Of a stretch of 64,000 nucleotides of DNA, positions 1-15,653 are shown piece by piece. The notes beneath the pieces were generated by a model. The model was given only the letters and a program-made list of their open reading frames with translations. It ran no database searches and was not told the origin of the DNA. Positions within the stretch are counted from its first letter, which is position 1; every line of letters starts with the position of its first letter. This DNA is from Chrysomallon squamiferum (Eukaryota; Animalia; Mollusca). A program made the position numbers and the translations under genes. The stretch is taken from positions 14,694,001 through 14,758,000 of the forward strand of contig CM022668.1 of assembly GCA_012295275.1 (NCBI GenBank), written 5' to 3'.

Positions 1-1179
1 ATACGTTTCTTCAACCATGGAGCAGAAAGAAACACATTCGAACACACAGACGCACCCACAGTTTCATTCAAACCACGTAGAGTATAAATAAAACTCAACA
101 TAGTTTAAATATATAGGAACAAACCAACTTTCTTGGAAAAAGCAATCAGTATTTTAGTTTCATAGAAACGAACTACCTTTCTTTGAAAAATACATCAGTA
201 ATTAACATTCACAGACATGAATGCTCCCTATTCTAAACCAGATTCGTGATTTACTTACAAATTAAAACGAGTGTAATTCAGAATATTAATTCGGAAAGAC
301 AAAATAATTACATACTACTACAATTTTTATTTGAACAAATGTATTAGTTGATATTGATGTAATAAATTGTTAAACACGGCAGTGCAAAGAAGAAGTATAT
401 ATATATATATATATATTAAAAGTGAATACAAATTTAATGGAAAAGTAAATAATCAAAATAAAATGAAAATAAATAAATAAAATTATATTTCTCTGAAAAC
501 TGCCTTTCAGTGACAAAGTCGAGGTGTTCATATTTTCTGTCGGGACACACCAAACACAGAATTTTAAAAATAATTAAGTAAAAGTAATTGCTAACACAAA
601 TAGTGATTTTTTTTCTCTCCAAGAGTTAATTTCTTTATAATTGGATTACTTTGTCGGCGTGTCTGTCCCTCTATTTCTCTGTCTACCCATCAATCTATAT
701 GTAATCATCTATATGCATTTACAGTGTGAAATGAGAGTATGTCCGAAAAAGTCCTTTATATTGATCAATCACACAAAATATATATTTTATTGATAAAGAT
801 AAAGACAAATAATATTCAAGTGATAAATTTTGTCATTTAAAATGTTGTGAAACGCTTCATTATGAGCTTTGCATAAAAACTAAATATCAGAATTAAGAAT
901 GAAGAAAACAAACTTCTCTAATACCCTTTCTATCAACTTAAAGTATTTCCAAAATGCTAAATTAGCTTTTATTAATTAATTAATTTATTTTTTACAATTT
1001 AATTAAGCTTAAAACGTCTTACCCGAAGCCATATTTTCGGGGGTTTTCACCAAAAATTTAATAAATCCCAAAACTGATTTGAGTTAGGACTGTTCACCAC
1101 AGAGTTAGTTTGTGATTGTCGTTTGACAACAAATACAACACAGTATCGGCTGTTGCTTGAGATAAAGGCTGGGACTATA

Positions 1180-1620
1180 CACTGCCGTATTAAGGCAAGG
1201 TAGGACCCTTGACATCACCTGCCGCCCGTACCCTCAAAGTTCACCCTCTCAAATTACAGAGCTTTTCATCTTTCAGAGTGGATACAAGTTATTCTTAATA
1301 CGTTTAACAGCAGAAAAAAAACCTCTCTACAGAACACTTTGTATGGAGAAATGATAAGTAAATATGTAAACAAATGTACATGTTTGGAAAATTTCTTGTA
1401 TATCAGTTTTATCAATTTTGGCCAACTGAACATTTAAGATTGGTGGTTTGACCCCACCAGTTCCGCCCTGACTGTGCGACAAATTCTGCATAAACTGACC
1501 CATAATTTCTTTTTTGTGTATAGATTGATGCATCTGCCGTATAAAGAGGATTCCTATAAATTAATTTCGCTGACGCGCACGAAGCCTTTCGCGTGTACAT
1601 AGTATTAACATTTAACACTA
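1180..1620 (-). mobile_element. hAT remnant
   Basis: Same tttcatctttcagagtggat...tgtttggaaaa block; TIR-like cactgccgtattaa near 1180. Confidence 0.65.
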
Positions 1621-2435
1621 AGAGAAACGGAAAAAAAATGTTGTTTACATTTGTTGTGAAATGTTTTATTATGAGCTTTCTATTAAGAAATAAATTTCAA
1701 AATTAAGAAAGAAGTAATCAAACTCCTTTAGTACCCTTCTTATAAACCTCAAGTGTTTTCTTCATGCTAATTATTTTCTATTAATTAATTACTTTATTTC
1801 TTACATTTTAATTAACTTTAAAACGTCTTACCCAAAGCCATATCTTGTCTTTTCCCTAAGAATTGAATTCAGTTCGGACTGTTCACCACAGAATTAGTTT
1901 GTGAAAGCCGCTTGATGACAAATACAGCGCAGTACTCGTCGTTGTTTTATATAAGGGTTGATAAAACAACTCTGTTCTTCGGGAAAATGTAATCTCCGAA
2001 AATAGCTAGTTATAGCCCACCCACTTTTCTATACCAGCTGGCAAGTTTTTTTTAACTATTTGACGAGGTGTACTGTCTGAAAATAACAACGAGCAAACAG
2101 AGGGCGACATAATAGATATTAATACTTTGAATTCATGTGTTCGTTGAGGGTTTTAAATTAAAATTAAAATAATGATGTGATAAACATGTTATGATATCAT
2201 ACCAATATTAGATCTGAATGTTTCTTCAGACATGCATACATACAGACAAGCATGCACACAAACCAAATATAGTATAAAATACAACATATTTAACATTGAC
2301 TTTTTGTAATGGCTGAACTCCCTCTGTTTTAGAAATACATGAGTAATTTAGTTATATAGAAATTGAAACGTCTAATTCTGATGAATAAGATTGTTAGATA
2401 TAACTGCAATTGTTTTACTTGAAATTGTGGTATGT

Positions 2436-2438
<3 letters not shown>

Positions 2439-2472
<34 letters not shown>

Positions 2473-2494
2473 ACCATACTACTACTACTACTAC

Positions 2495-2580
<86 letters not shown>
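2439..2580. repeat. Compound microsatellite (AC)n(ACT)n(AAT)n
   Basis: Directly visible; paralogous tract at 7811-7940. Confidence 0.95.
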
Positions 2581-3708
2581 TTTGAGATTGTTTCAATTGA
2601 GAATTACAAGGATAAACTCGAACTTTCTTTTTGTCATATGAGCGATGACTCAAAATACAGGGTGCATGAGTGACTTAACATATTTAGTTCTGTATTGTTG
2701 CAATGGTATGTGACATTTGATAACGTGTCCACATGCAAAAATCTGTTTATCTCATATATTATTCTGTCAATACGGTTTACGTATTGTTGCTTTACAAAAG
2801 CCTTGGCAAGACACTTCTGTTCCTGAGGAAAAATGTATTTCTCTGAAAACTGCTTTTCATCTTATAGGACATGAAAAAGCCGTGGTATTGATATTTTCTA
2901 TCAGGACATGCCGAGTGTAAAATTGTAAAAATAATTATGGAGAAGTAAGCCCTACTACTAATTCATTTTTTTAGTGTATTTTTCGAAGAGTTAATCTCCT
3001 GTTAACTGGATTAGTATCTCAGATGTCTGTTTCACTATCAGCCTATCTGTCCATTCTGAAAATGTATCTGAAAATCTGAAAATCTGCATATGCACATACA
3101 AAGTCATTTATATTGATCAGTCCATTTATATATAATGAAACAACATCCTTGAGTAATTTTAATTGATAACAAAAGACAAATAAAATTCAAGCGATAAGTT
3201 TTGTCATTTATGTGTTGTGGGATATTCAGTGATGACATATTATTAGAACAAATTTAAAACATAACAGAAACATTTTCAATTTAACTGAATTTAAAATGTT
3301 TCAAATCAATATATTATCTTTTACACAGCATAATAAAATTACAAAACGACTTTGAGTTCAGCACAAAGGTAGTTTATCATGTCTCCTTAACGATAAATAC
3401 AAGAAACTAATCTTTGTTGTTTAGTATAATGGTTGCAAAGTGACTTTAGTTCATGACATTACCGTATTTCTCTGAAACAGCGTGTTACTACTACGAGTAT
3501 GACAAAGAGGAGGTATTGTGTGTGTTTGTCTGTAATGTTAGCGTGCCGTCCCCATCACTGAGAAAATCTTACTGCACTAATATCAGATTATGTGTGTATG
3601 TATTGTATAATAATGTTAAATTGCCTGGTTTCTCATTTTTACTCTATATAAAGTATTAATTTTAAACACATAAGCAAGTAATTAATGATTCTTATTGATT
3701 CTTAAATA

Positions 3709-4478
3709 CATTGGTACCTCGACTTACGAGTGACCCAGCTTACGAGTTTCTCAAGCAAAGGCCCGGTTAAGTTTTTACTTTGAGTTGCGAGCCGAAATCC
3801 GAGTTACGAGCGAGCTTCAGATACGCTGCCACTAGATCGCGCAACGAACAACATAACACCCGGCCAGCATCCATCGTCTCACTCGTTTTCTCCACGTGGT
3901 CACCTCGCCGCAGAAGCATCTCTATTCTGTTGTGTTCGAGTTTTGTGCAGTATTTTGCCAAATTTAATTTTCTGACCATGGATCGTAAAAAAGTGAGTGC
4001 AAAGGATAATGCTGAGAAGAAGAAGCGGATGATATCCACTGAATTAAAGCTTGAATTGTTAGAAAAACACGAGCGAGGTGTGCGTGTAGTCGACTTGGCT
4101 AGGCAGAACGAGCGTAGTACTTCTACGATATATACCATACTGAAGCAGAAGGAGTCGATAAAGGCTGTAACTCCAGTCTAAGACGTTAAAATAATTTGTC
4201 TGATCTCCAAGATAAATACAATTTACAAAACCAATTTATTTCATTACATTCTTTTATTTCATTTTTATGCATATTTGTCATATATAAATAAATTTTTCTT
4301 ATTTTTTTGTTTAAAAAAAAGTTACAAGAAAAAATGGAGTGTTTTTTTTTGGGGGGGGCTGGAACGGATTAATGGTATTTCAGTTAATTTCAGTTTAGAA
4401 AAAAATTTGATATACGAGCAAACTGAGTTACGAGCTAGGTCACGGAACGAATTAAATTCGTAAGTCAAAGTACCACTG
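3709..4478 (+). mobile_element. Tigger/pogo-type non-autonomous deletion derivative
   Basis: TIRs CATTGGTACCTCGACTTACGA and TCGTAAGTCAAAGTACCACTG flanked by TA; retains the CENP-B-like N-terminus MDRKKVSAKDNAEKKKRMISTELKLELLEKHERGVRVVDLARQNERSTSTIYTILK from 3978; no DDE region. Confidence 0.9.
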
Positions 4479-4579
4479 TATATGCCTACATAGTTATATA
4501 GGTAGTCAGTATTTTTTCTCGTTAATCTTTCTACAAACTGATCCAGAATAGTGTTAATAATTTTCTTTCTCGAGAAAAG

Positions 4580-4945
4580 GAAATTCTACATGGATTAATG
4601 CCAAATTACTGAACTTTTCAACTTTCAGAGTGAATCTCAGGTAATTCTTAATATGTTCAAGGCAGAAAAAGACTCCTATACAGAACAGGTTGTATCGAGA
4701 ACTGACAAGCGAATAAATATATATAAATAAATGAACATGTAAAAGTTTCATCTTTCAGAGTGGATCACGTTGAAGAACAGAAAAAGTACCCTGTCCAGAA
4801 GAATTTGTATCGATAAGTGACAAGTAAATGTATAGACAAATGTAAAAGTTTCTTGAATCATTTTTAACAATTCTGACCAACTGAAAACCTAAGACTGGGT
4901 TTTGACCAAGACCATTTCGGCCCATCTGTGACTGTGCGTCAATAG
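4580..4945 (-). mobile_element. hAT remnant with internal duplication
   Basis: LEHIKNYLRFTLKVEKFSNLALIHVE in ORF 4554..4751; the block repeats at 4616 and 4746. Confidence 0.65.
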
Positions 4946-7819
4946 TTTACATATTTTTTTTTTATAATTTCTGTTTTATATAGCTTAACTTAAGAAAGGA
5001 AATAAAACACAAAATTCACCAATACCCTTTTTATCACCTTCAATTATTTTCTTCATGCTAAATTAATTTTTTTTGTTAATTACTTAATTTATTTATTACA
5101 ATTTAATTAAGTTTAAAACGCATTACCCGAAGCCATATTTTGTATTTCTCCAAGTTTCCTATTCCTGTTAATTGCGTTATTAACTATTTGTTACTTCTCG
5201 GGCGGACACATTTGTTTTGTACGTAATCTAATTAGTCTGTTAATTTCTGTTTGATATTTTATGATATCACGGACCACACGTTTTATGTTATATGAAGCTA
5301 GATGTATATGTTTCTTCAGCCGTGCAGAACACAGAAACAAATACGATCACCCAAACACATACAGATTAATACAAACAACAAATAGTAGAAATAACATAGT
5401 ATAAATATGTAGAAAGAAAGACCTTTTCTTTCAACAATCAATCAGAATTGTAATTAAATAGAAACGAATTACCTCTGTTTGAAAAATACTTCAATAATTC
5501 AGTTATAGAAAAATGAATGCTCCCTTTTTCGAAAATCGATTAGTGATTTAGTTACAAATTTAAAAGTGTGTAATTCTGAATATTAATTTTGAAAGAAAAA
5601 TAATTACTTACGACTGCATGATTTTTATTTGAGCCAACTTATTAGTTAATATTGCTGTAGTAAACTGTTATATATCCCGGTGGGGGGAGAAAAATAATAA
5701 AAAAATAAATAAAAATAAGATAATAATAAAAAAAAAAAAAAAAAAAAAAACAATAAAAATAAAATAATAAAATAAAGTAAAATAAAATAAAGTATAAAAT
5801 AATAACAAAAACAATCGTCATACAAATCTCAGGAAAATTAAGTCAAAATGTTATGAAATGTCATTATCAACGTGAACGTGTCACCTCCGAGAAGTAAAAG
5901 AACAAACTTGTCTTTGTATCTGTCTGTTATAAGATACCTCAGTGACAATACACCGTGTACACGTGGAAACACTCTATTGTTTAGTTTTTTATAAATGCAC
6001 TGATGTGTAACATTTGATAACGTGTCCACATGCAAAGACCTGTTTAGCTAAAATATTATTCTGTGTATATAGCTTACATATTGTTGCTTTATGAAAGATT
6101 TGGCAAGACACTTCTGATCCTGAATAAAGATATGGTGTTCATATTTTCTATCGGGACACCAACAAGCACAGAATTTAAAAAATAATTAATAGTTTTTTCA
6201 AGGAGTAATTTATTCTTAGCTGGATCACTCTGTTTGTGTGTCTGTCTGTCTCTCAGTTTCTCTGTCTGCCATTCTGGCTCTCTGAAAACATTCACATGTA
6301 TATAACTGAAAGTATCTCCGATAAATTCATTTATATTGATCAGTCATATACTAGAGTTATTTTAATTGACAAGTGAACTTTCTATAAAACTATAAGTTTC
6401 AAAATGAAGAAAGAAGAAAACAAATCCCACTTATACCCTTTTCATGAACTACAAGTATTTTGTTAATGCTAAATTACTTTTTAAGTAATTAATTTATTTA
6501 TTACAATTTAATTAAGCTTAATCGGTCTTATCGGTAGACATAATCTTGTCTTTTCCCCAATTTAATAAAACCACAAAACTGAATTCAGTTCGGACTGTTC
6601 ATTACAGAATTAGTTGTTGCCATAGAACTCGTTGTTGCTTTGTACAAGAGTTGGCAAAACAGATCGTTCCTGAGGAAAACGTATTTAGCCCAAAACCATT
6701 AGTTACGATCCATCAACTTTCCTTTATTGGTTAACAGGTTTATTTATTGTGCAATTTCTGAAAATAACAGCAAGGCATATGCGACGGCGTATGTGTGTAT
6801 GTTTGTGTGTGTTTGTTTGTGTGTATGTTTGTTTATGTGTATGAATGCATCTGTGTTTGTTTGTATATATCTTTGCATGTGTGTATTTAGTATTATGTTT
6901 GTATGCATCTATGTTTGTATGTATGTATTACGTATTATGTTTGTATGTATGTTTGCATGTATATATGTATGAATGCATGTACAAATGCAGAGCATATATG
7001 TGCATGTTTGATGTAATTGATTTATATATTTCTGTGAGTAGGCATGTATTAGGGTAGGTAATAGATAACTAATACTATTATTATCATCATCATAATCAGG
7101 AACACCAGAGAGCTAAGGTAATAGATGATGCATGTTTGAAATGTTCCTTTGACAACTTTACGACTTTCTGTGTGTGCTCCACTGAGTATGAAAACGATTC
7201 GGATGATTTATCTAAAATAAATGTTGTGTCATATATAATCGATACCTGTAACATCGTTTGGATTTATAATTACTAATGCTAGGACTTATTACAGCACAAT
7301 ACTTGTTGCAACGTATTCTCCGAAAGCAGCTAGTTACAGCCCACCCACTTTTCCATATCAGCTAACAGCTTCATTATCTATCTGACGAGGTGTACTGTCT
7401 GAACATAACAAAGAGCAGAGTTTGACATAATAGATATTAATACTTCAAATTCATGTGTTCGTTGTGGATTTTATACTGAAACTAAAATAATGATGTAATA
7501 CACTTGTCATTTTATCATACCAATATTAAATCTGTATGCTTCTTCAGACATACATACATACAGACAAGCATGCACACAAACCACATATAGTATAAAATAC
7601 AACACATTTAACATGGACTTTTGGTTATGGCTGAATTCCTCTGTTTTAGAAATACTCGAGTAATTTAATTACTTAGAAATTCTGAACTATAAGTTGATAA
7701 TACATAATTATAAGATATCATTGAATTTGTCTGTATTTAAACAATTTTATTACTTGAAATTATATTATTAAGCTGTTAAGCCAACCAAGACACACAGATG
7801 CACAAACATACACACACAC

Positions 7820-7874
<55 letters not shown>

Positions 7875-7906
7875 TGATGATGATAATAATGATAATGATA
7901 ATGATG

Positions 7907-7941
<35 letters not shown>

Positions 7942-8421
7942 TGAGTTTGTTTCACTTGAGAATTTCAAGAATAAACTCGTCCTTTCTTTTTGTCATATGA
8001 GCGATGACTAAAAATACAGGGTGCATGCCTGACTTAGCATATTTAGTTCTGTATTAATGCCATGATATGTCATATTTCATAACGTGTCCACCTGCAAAAA
8101 CCTGTTTATCTCATATATTATTCTGTCAACACGGTTTACGTATTGTTGCTTTACAAAAGCCTTGGCAAGACACTTCTGCTCCACAGGTAGTGCGATATGA
8201 CAAATATTAATACTTTGAATTCATATGTACTTTGTGTCGGTGTTGAAGTAAAAATAATTTTAACTCCAAAACAGCACAATTCATTTCTACTGCATGGAAA
8301 TAAACATCAAATCGCCTTATCCGCCGTTTGTGGTTAGGTGACCCAGTCATTATAGTTTACCTGATTGAACGTTTTTCTTTATATTCAAATGTAACGATAA
8401 ATAGTAGTAGTAGTAGTAGTA

Positions 8422-8485
<64 letters not shown>

Positions 8486-8696
8486 TAACAATAATTAACA
8501 GTAATAATAATATCATAACTAAAGGTATAAATAAATATTTATTAGAGTGTAATAAGAGTTTAAAACCTTTTATCATGCTAATAAAAAGCCAGTATCATTG
8601 TACGAAGTAAACTTTGTACATAGAACAGAGACGTCATCCTTACAACTATTTGTCGTTGAACAAAGAAACAGAAAAACCATATTAAGAACAAGACGC

Positions 8697-8783
<87 letters not shown>
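8697..8783. repeat. (AAT)n(TTA)n palindromic microsatellite
   Basis: AAT run switches to its reverse complement near 8750. Confidence 0.9.
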
Positions 8784-8929
8784 CAGCAGCAGCAGCAGCA
8801 TCTTTATCATTATCAGAACCATCTTGATCATTATTGTATTCGTCATTATCATCATTATTTCTGTTATTATTATCATCATCGTTATAATCAGGAACTGGTG
8901 CTGTGTGTAAAGGTCAACAAAAACCTAAG

Positions 8930-9830
8930 TTAATGTATGATGCATGTTTGAAATTTTCCTTCAACAACCTTATTAAATTCTGTGTGTGTTCCACTGAGCA
9001 TAAATAGGATTCGGGTGATCTGTCTAAAATGAATGTTGTATCATCTGCATTCTAGGAAATAACACAATTTCCTTCATATATAATCGATACCTTTGACATC
9101 GTTTGGATTTGTAATGACTAATGCTAGTACTTCAGAACGTACTATAAAAATATAAGGACAGTTGGATAATGAACTTTCAAAAGATTGACGTTAATTACCT
9201 AAGATAAAGACTGTGTCATCTGCACATTGAAAAATAATATAATTTATCAGAATCTTTTATCTGTAACTTTGACACCTTAGAATTTGTAAATAGTAATTCT
9301 AGTATTTTAGAGCATATTGTAAAAAGAAAGGAGAAAGTAAATCGTTTAGTGTTTCTTCTCTTTACCGATTAGCACTGTCCCAAACATCCAATATCTAAAA
9401 CTGTCACCAATTATTTATTTTAAAAAAATTCATCCAATTTATATATATATATGAATGAATAATGTTCAAAATATCTATATTTGTCACGGTAAAGAGTTTG
9501 AAAAGACTGAATCGAAAGCTTTCTCAAATTCCTGGTGTTTTATGATATTTTAAATATTGCATTATATCATAAATTAATTGTGGATTGTCATGTATATATC
9601 TGCATTTAATAAATTCGGTTTGATTTTTTTTCTTCTTTCTAAATCAGTTTTTACTGTATTTTCTATGCATTTGGAGGCAAATTTCTGTACACAGTTTATG
9701 ATTTAGTAATGTGTCCTCAGTTCTTTTAGAAATTTTTTCATATGTTATATTAGCTTTTGCAATACGAGCAAGGATTTTTTAAAAATTTTCCGTAGGAGAC
9801 ATTTCGTTTATATTTTAACTATGTTTAATG
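8930..9830 (-). mobile_element. Decayed L1/Tx1-clade LINE reverse transcriptase
   Basis: Minus-strand motifs in order: NQTEFIKCRYIHDNPQLIYDIMQY (about 9625-9555; cf. QTGFIKGRYIGENIRLIYD), EFEKAFDSV (about 9530-9504), LSPFLF (about 9338-9321), QCADDTVFIL (about 9229-9200; cf. QYADDT). Confidence 0.8.
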
Positions 9831-10375
9831 CATCTAACAATGGCTAAGGTTATATCAATGTACAGCCAATTTCACATGACTGTATTCGACTGGGAACAAC
9901 AACAACAACAACAGTACTACTACTACTACTACTAATAATAATAATAAGACAGTAAATACTTTTTAAAAAGATGCTCCGACTAGGAGGGCGAAATTAAACG
10001 CTTACAGTATTGCAATTCATGGGAGATAACTTGTTTCTTTTTTTTTTGTTTTTTTTGTCACGAATTCTCGTCGTGAGCGTGTTAATGTATACACTCTTTT
10101 ATTTTATTGTATTGTATTGTATTGTATTTGTATTTATTTATTTATCTGTTTATCTGTTTTGTTCTTGTTGGTTGTTATGTCTTTATTCTTGGCCTGCTGT
10201 TCTCGTTGTTATCACCTCTTAATGTATTTTTATGTTTTTATTTTAATGTTTTCTTTCTTAATTTATATACAACCCCTATACTCATTGACACCCCCCCACA
10301 CACACACACACATTTACTTTGATCATGGATAATATGTAATACTTCATTGTTCATGATATTTAATTAGTAAGTATA

Positions 10376-10417
<42 letters not shown>

Positions 10418-10449
10418 GCATTATTATTATTCTTTCTGTTGTTGTTGTT

Positions 10450-11067
10450 TGTGTCTACACACACATATATAATAATGTAATCTTGTTTCTTTATTACAGT
10501 AACCTATCACTATTTATGTAGATTAATATTTACACAATAATTAGCATTGATTTATGGATTTTGGAGTATAATATAGATAACCAAAAGTTTATGTTTCTGA
10601 TTCATTTACCTTTATATTTTGTAATATTAATGTGCATTAGGTAGATATGCTATACAAGATGTACTGAGTTATATAACTTTTCAAATGATAAATATTTCTC
10701 TACTCCACTGTCAATCTTTATGTCTTTCTTCTTCATTCAGTATAATTTTGATCTATTTTCAGGAGTGGCTTTTGTTTCACTGATGTTATGTTGGTCTATA
10801 AACACTTTAAGAAACAAATATTCTTTCTGTTAATGAAAAACTGGAGAGAAACGATCCTTTGCTGAAGACTGAAAAAGAGTAACCACACTGTAAGACACTT
10901 ATATTTTTCACTAATCATTGTCAGTTTGATGTTAAAAATATTTCAGCAGTTTCAATAAGGACTAATTTTGTTTTCTTTCATAAATGATACTGAAACAAAA
11001 AAGGGTTAATTATACATTAATCACACAAATATTCACTGCACTTACCAGACATTACTTAATGACAATA

Positions 11068-11123
<56 letters not shown>

Positions 11124-13418
11124 TTATAATAATAGAAAAAATAGTAATAAGAATAAAAATAATAAAAATAAATGTCCTCCAACTGGGAGGGCGAAATTAA
11201 TTGCCTATGATAGTGTAATTCATGGGAGGTAATCTAAGTTGTTATTTTCATAAACAATAAACAACAACAACAAGAACAACAACAACAATAATAATAATAA
11301 ATGTGCTCCAGCTGGAAGGGTGAAATTAAATACCTAGGATTCTTTAATTCATGGGAAGTAATCTAAGTTTGTTATTTTCATTCTCCCTAAACCTCATCAA
11401 GTTAGTTTTGTTTCCTTCGCTGGAGTTTGATTAGTTTTGTTGTTGTTGCTGCTGCTAGTGTAGTTGTTGATGCTGTTGTCATGATTGTGATATTTAGTGG
11501 GAGTATTTTTATTACTATTATACTATTATTATTGTTGTTTTTGTTTCTGTTCACATAGGTCTATAGTAATGTATACTTGTTTATTATTGCAAAACCTTAT
11601 CTCACTGTTTATCTGCATACATATTTGCCTCTAGGACTTACAGAATAATTAGCACTGATTTATTGATTTTGGTGTAAAATACAGATAATCAAAAGTTTAT
11701 GTTTCTGATTCATACCTTTATATTTTGTAATATTAATGTGCATGAGTTAGATATGCTATACCAGTTATATAACTTTTCAAATGATAAACATTTCTCACAT
11801 CCAATCTTTATGTGTTTCTCTCTCATTCAGTTTAATTTTGATACTTTTTCAGGAGTGGCTTTTGTTTCGCAGATGATATGTTGGTCTATAAACACTTTAA
11901 GAAACAAATATTCTTTCTGTTAATGAAAAACTGGAGAGGAAAGATCCTTTCCTGAAGTCCTGAAATAGAGTAACCACACTGTAAGACAGTTATATTTTTC
12001 ACTAATCATTGTCAGTTTGATGTTTTTACTATATGTATGATACTATAAAACCACATATTGTGAATAATAATCAGGTTAATGTCTCTTTCTGTCTCTGTTT
12101 ATATAGATACATAGATAGATAAGATGTATGGATGATTTCCCTCTTATATGTTTCTTTCTTTCCTCTGTTTCCATCAATTATCTTGTTTTTAATATTAAAA
12201 AAATTCTGCAGTTTCAATAAGGACTAATTTTGTTTTCTTTCATAATTGATAGCAAAACAAAAAATGGTTAATTATACATTAAACAGACACAAATATTCAC
12301 TGCACATATCAGACATTCCGTAATGACAACAACAACAACAAATTATAATAATAATCATAATCATAATCATAATCATAATCATAATCATAATAGTAGAAAT
12401 AACAATAATAATATGAATAAAAATAATATGAATAAATGTGCTCCAAAATTAATGGTCTATGATAGTGTAATTCATAGGAGGTAATCTAAATTGTTATTTC
12501 CATTCTCCATAATCCTCATCATGTTAGTTTTGTTTCCTTCGCTGGAGTTTGATTAGTTTTGTAGTTGTTGCTGTTCTTACAGTTGTGATATTTAGTGGGA
12601 AGATTATTATTATTATGCTATTATTATTGTTGTTTTTGTTTCTGTGTACACACACATATATGGTAATGCATTCTTGTTCCTTTTAACAAAAACTTGTCTC
12701 ACTATGTAGCTGGCATACATTTTTTTCCCATTAGGTTTCACAAAATAATTAGCATTGATTTGCACATTTAGGCCTATAATACAGATAACCAAAAGTTTAA
12801 GTTTCTGATCCATTTACCTTTATATTTTGTAATATTAATGTGCATGAGTTATATATGCTATACCAGTTATATAACTTTTCAAATGATAAACATTTCTCAC
12901 ATCCACTGTCAATGTTTATGTCTTTCTGTCTCATTGAGTTGAATTTTGATCCTTTTTTCAGGAGTGGCTTTTGGTTCACTGATGTTATGTTGGTCTATAA
13001 ACACTTTAAGAAACAAATATTCTTTCTTGTAATGAAGAAATCCAGAGAAAATATCCTTTGCTGAAGACTGAAATAGAGTAACCACACTGTAAGACATTGT
13101 CAGTTTGATCTTTATATTATATTTATGATTCTGCAAAACCATACATTATACCTCATAATTAGACTAAAATCTCTGCATATATAGATATGTAGATAGCCAG
13201 ATAGTTATATGGATGGTCACCCTCTTTATGTGTTTCTTTCTTTCCCCTGTTTCCATCAATTATCTTGTTTTAAACATTAAAAATATTTCAGCAGTTTCAA
13301 TAAGGACTAATTTTGTTTTCTTTCATAAATGATACCAAAACAAAAAAGGGTTAATTATACATTAATCACACAAATATTCACTGCACTTACCAGACATTAC
13401 TTAATGACAATAAATAAT

Positions 13419-13469
<51 letters not shown>

Positions 13470-15602
13470 TATAATAATAGAAAAAATAGTAATAAGAATA
13501 AAAATAATAAAAATAAATGTCCTCCAACTGGGAGGGCGAAATTAATTGCCTATGAAAGTGTAATTCATGGGAGGTAATCTAAGTTGTTATTTTCATTCTC
13601 CCTAATCCTCATCAAATTAGTTTTGTTGTTGTTGCTGCTGCTAGAGTAATTGTTGCTGTTGTTAATGATTGTGATATTTAGCAGGAGTATTTTTATTATT
13701 ATTGTTGTTTTTTGTTTCTGTCTAAACACATATATAGTAATGTATACTTGATTGTTATTACAAAAATGTGTCTCACTGTTTAACTGCGTACTCATTTGCC
13801 ACTAGGACTTGCAAAATAATTAGCAATGATTTATTGATTTAGGTGTATAATACAGATAACCAAAACTTTATATTTCTGATTCATTTACCTTCATATTTTG
13901 TAATATTAATGTGCATGAGTTAGATTTGATATACCAGTTATATAACTTTTCAAATGATAAACATTTCTCACATCCAATCTTTATGTGTTTCTCTCTCATT
14001 CAGTTTAATTTTGATACTTTTTCAGGAGTGGCTTTTGTTTCGCAGATGTTATGTTGGTCTATAAACACTTTAAGAAACAAATATTCTTTCTGTTAATGAA
14101 AAACTGGAGAGGAAAGATCCTTTGCTGAAGACTGAACTAGAGTAACCACACTGTAAGACAGTTATATTTTTCACTAATCATTGTGAGTTTGATGTTTTTA
14201 CTATATGTATGATACTATAAAACTACATATTGTGAATAATAATCAGGTTAATGTCTCTTTCTGTCTCTGTTTATATAGATATATAGATAGATAAGATGTA
14301 TGGATGATTTCCCTCTTATGTGTTTCTTTCTTTCCCTTGTTTCCATCAATTATCTTGTTTTTAATATTAAAAAAATTCTGCAGTTTCAATAAGGACTAAT
14401 TTTGTTTTCTTTCATAATTGATAGCAAAACAAAAAATGGTTAATTATACATTAAACAGAAACAAATATACACTGCACATATCAGACATTCCTTAATGACA
14501 ACAACAAATTATAATAATAATAATAATAATCATAATCATAATAATCATATTAGAAATAACAATAATAATATGAATAAAAATAATATGAATAAATGTGCTC
14601 CAAAATTAATGGTCTATGATAATGTAATTCATAGGAGGTAATCGAATATGTTATTTCCATTCTCCATAATCCTCATCATGTTAGTTTTGTTTCCTTCGCT
14701 GGAGTTTGATTAGTTTTGTAGTTGTTGCTGTTGTTACAGTTGTGATATTTAGTGGGAATGCTATTATTATTATGCTATTATTATTGTTGTTTTTGTTTCT
14801 GTCTACACACACATATGTAGTAATGTATTCTTGTTCCTTTTTACAAAAACTTGTCTCACTATATATCTGGCATACTTTTTTTTCCACTAGGTGTTACAAA
14901 ATAATTAGCATTCATTTGCACATTTAGGCCTATAATACAGATAAGAAAAAATTTATGTTTTTGATTCATTTATCTTTATATTTTGTAATATTAATGTGCA
15001 TGACTTATATATGCCATACCAGATGTATACTGAGTTAAATAACTTTTCAAACGATAAACATTTCTCACGTCCACTGAAAATCTTTCTGTCTTTCTGTCTC
15101 ATTGAGTTGAATTTTGATCCTTTTTTCAGGGGTCGCTTTTGTTTCACTGATGTTATGTTGGTCTATAAACACTTTAAGAAAGAAACATTCTTTCTTGTAA
15201 TGAAGAAATCGAGAGAAAAGATCCTTTGCTGAAGACTGAAATAGAGTAAGCACACTGTAAGACATTGTCAGTTTGATCTTTATATTATTTTTATGATTCT
15301 GCAAAACCATACATTATACATCATAATTAGATTAAAATCTATTTCTGTCTCTGCATATGTAGATATATAGATAGCCAGATAGTTATATGGATGGTCTCCC
15401 TCTTTATGTGTTTCTTTCATTTCCCCTGTTTCCATCAATATTCTTGTTTTAAATATTAGAAATATTTTAGCAGTTTCAATAAGGACTAATTTTGTTTTCT
15501 TTCATAAATGATACCAAATAAAAACTGGTTAATTATACATTAAACAGACACAAATATTCACTGCACTTACCAGACATTACTTAATAGGAACAACAACAAC
15601 AG

Positions 15603-15653
<51 letters not shown>

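Noticed and set aside
2372-2673. Poly-N/I/L ORFs, and poly-ER/SL/HT ORFs elsewhere in the track
   Set aside because: Translations of microsatellites.
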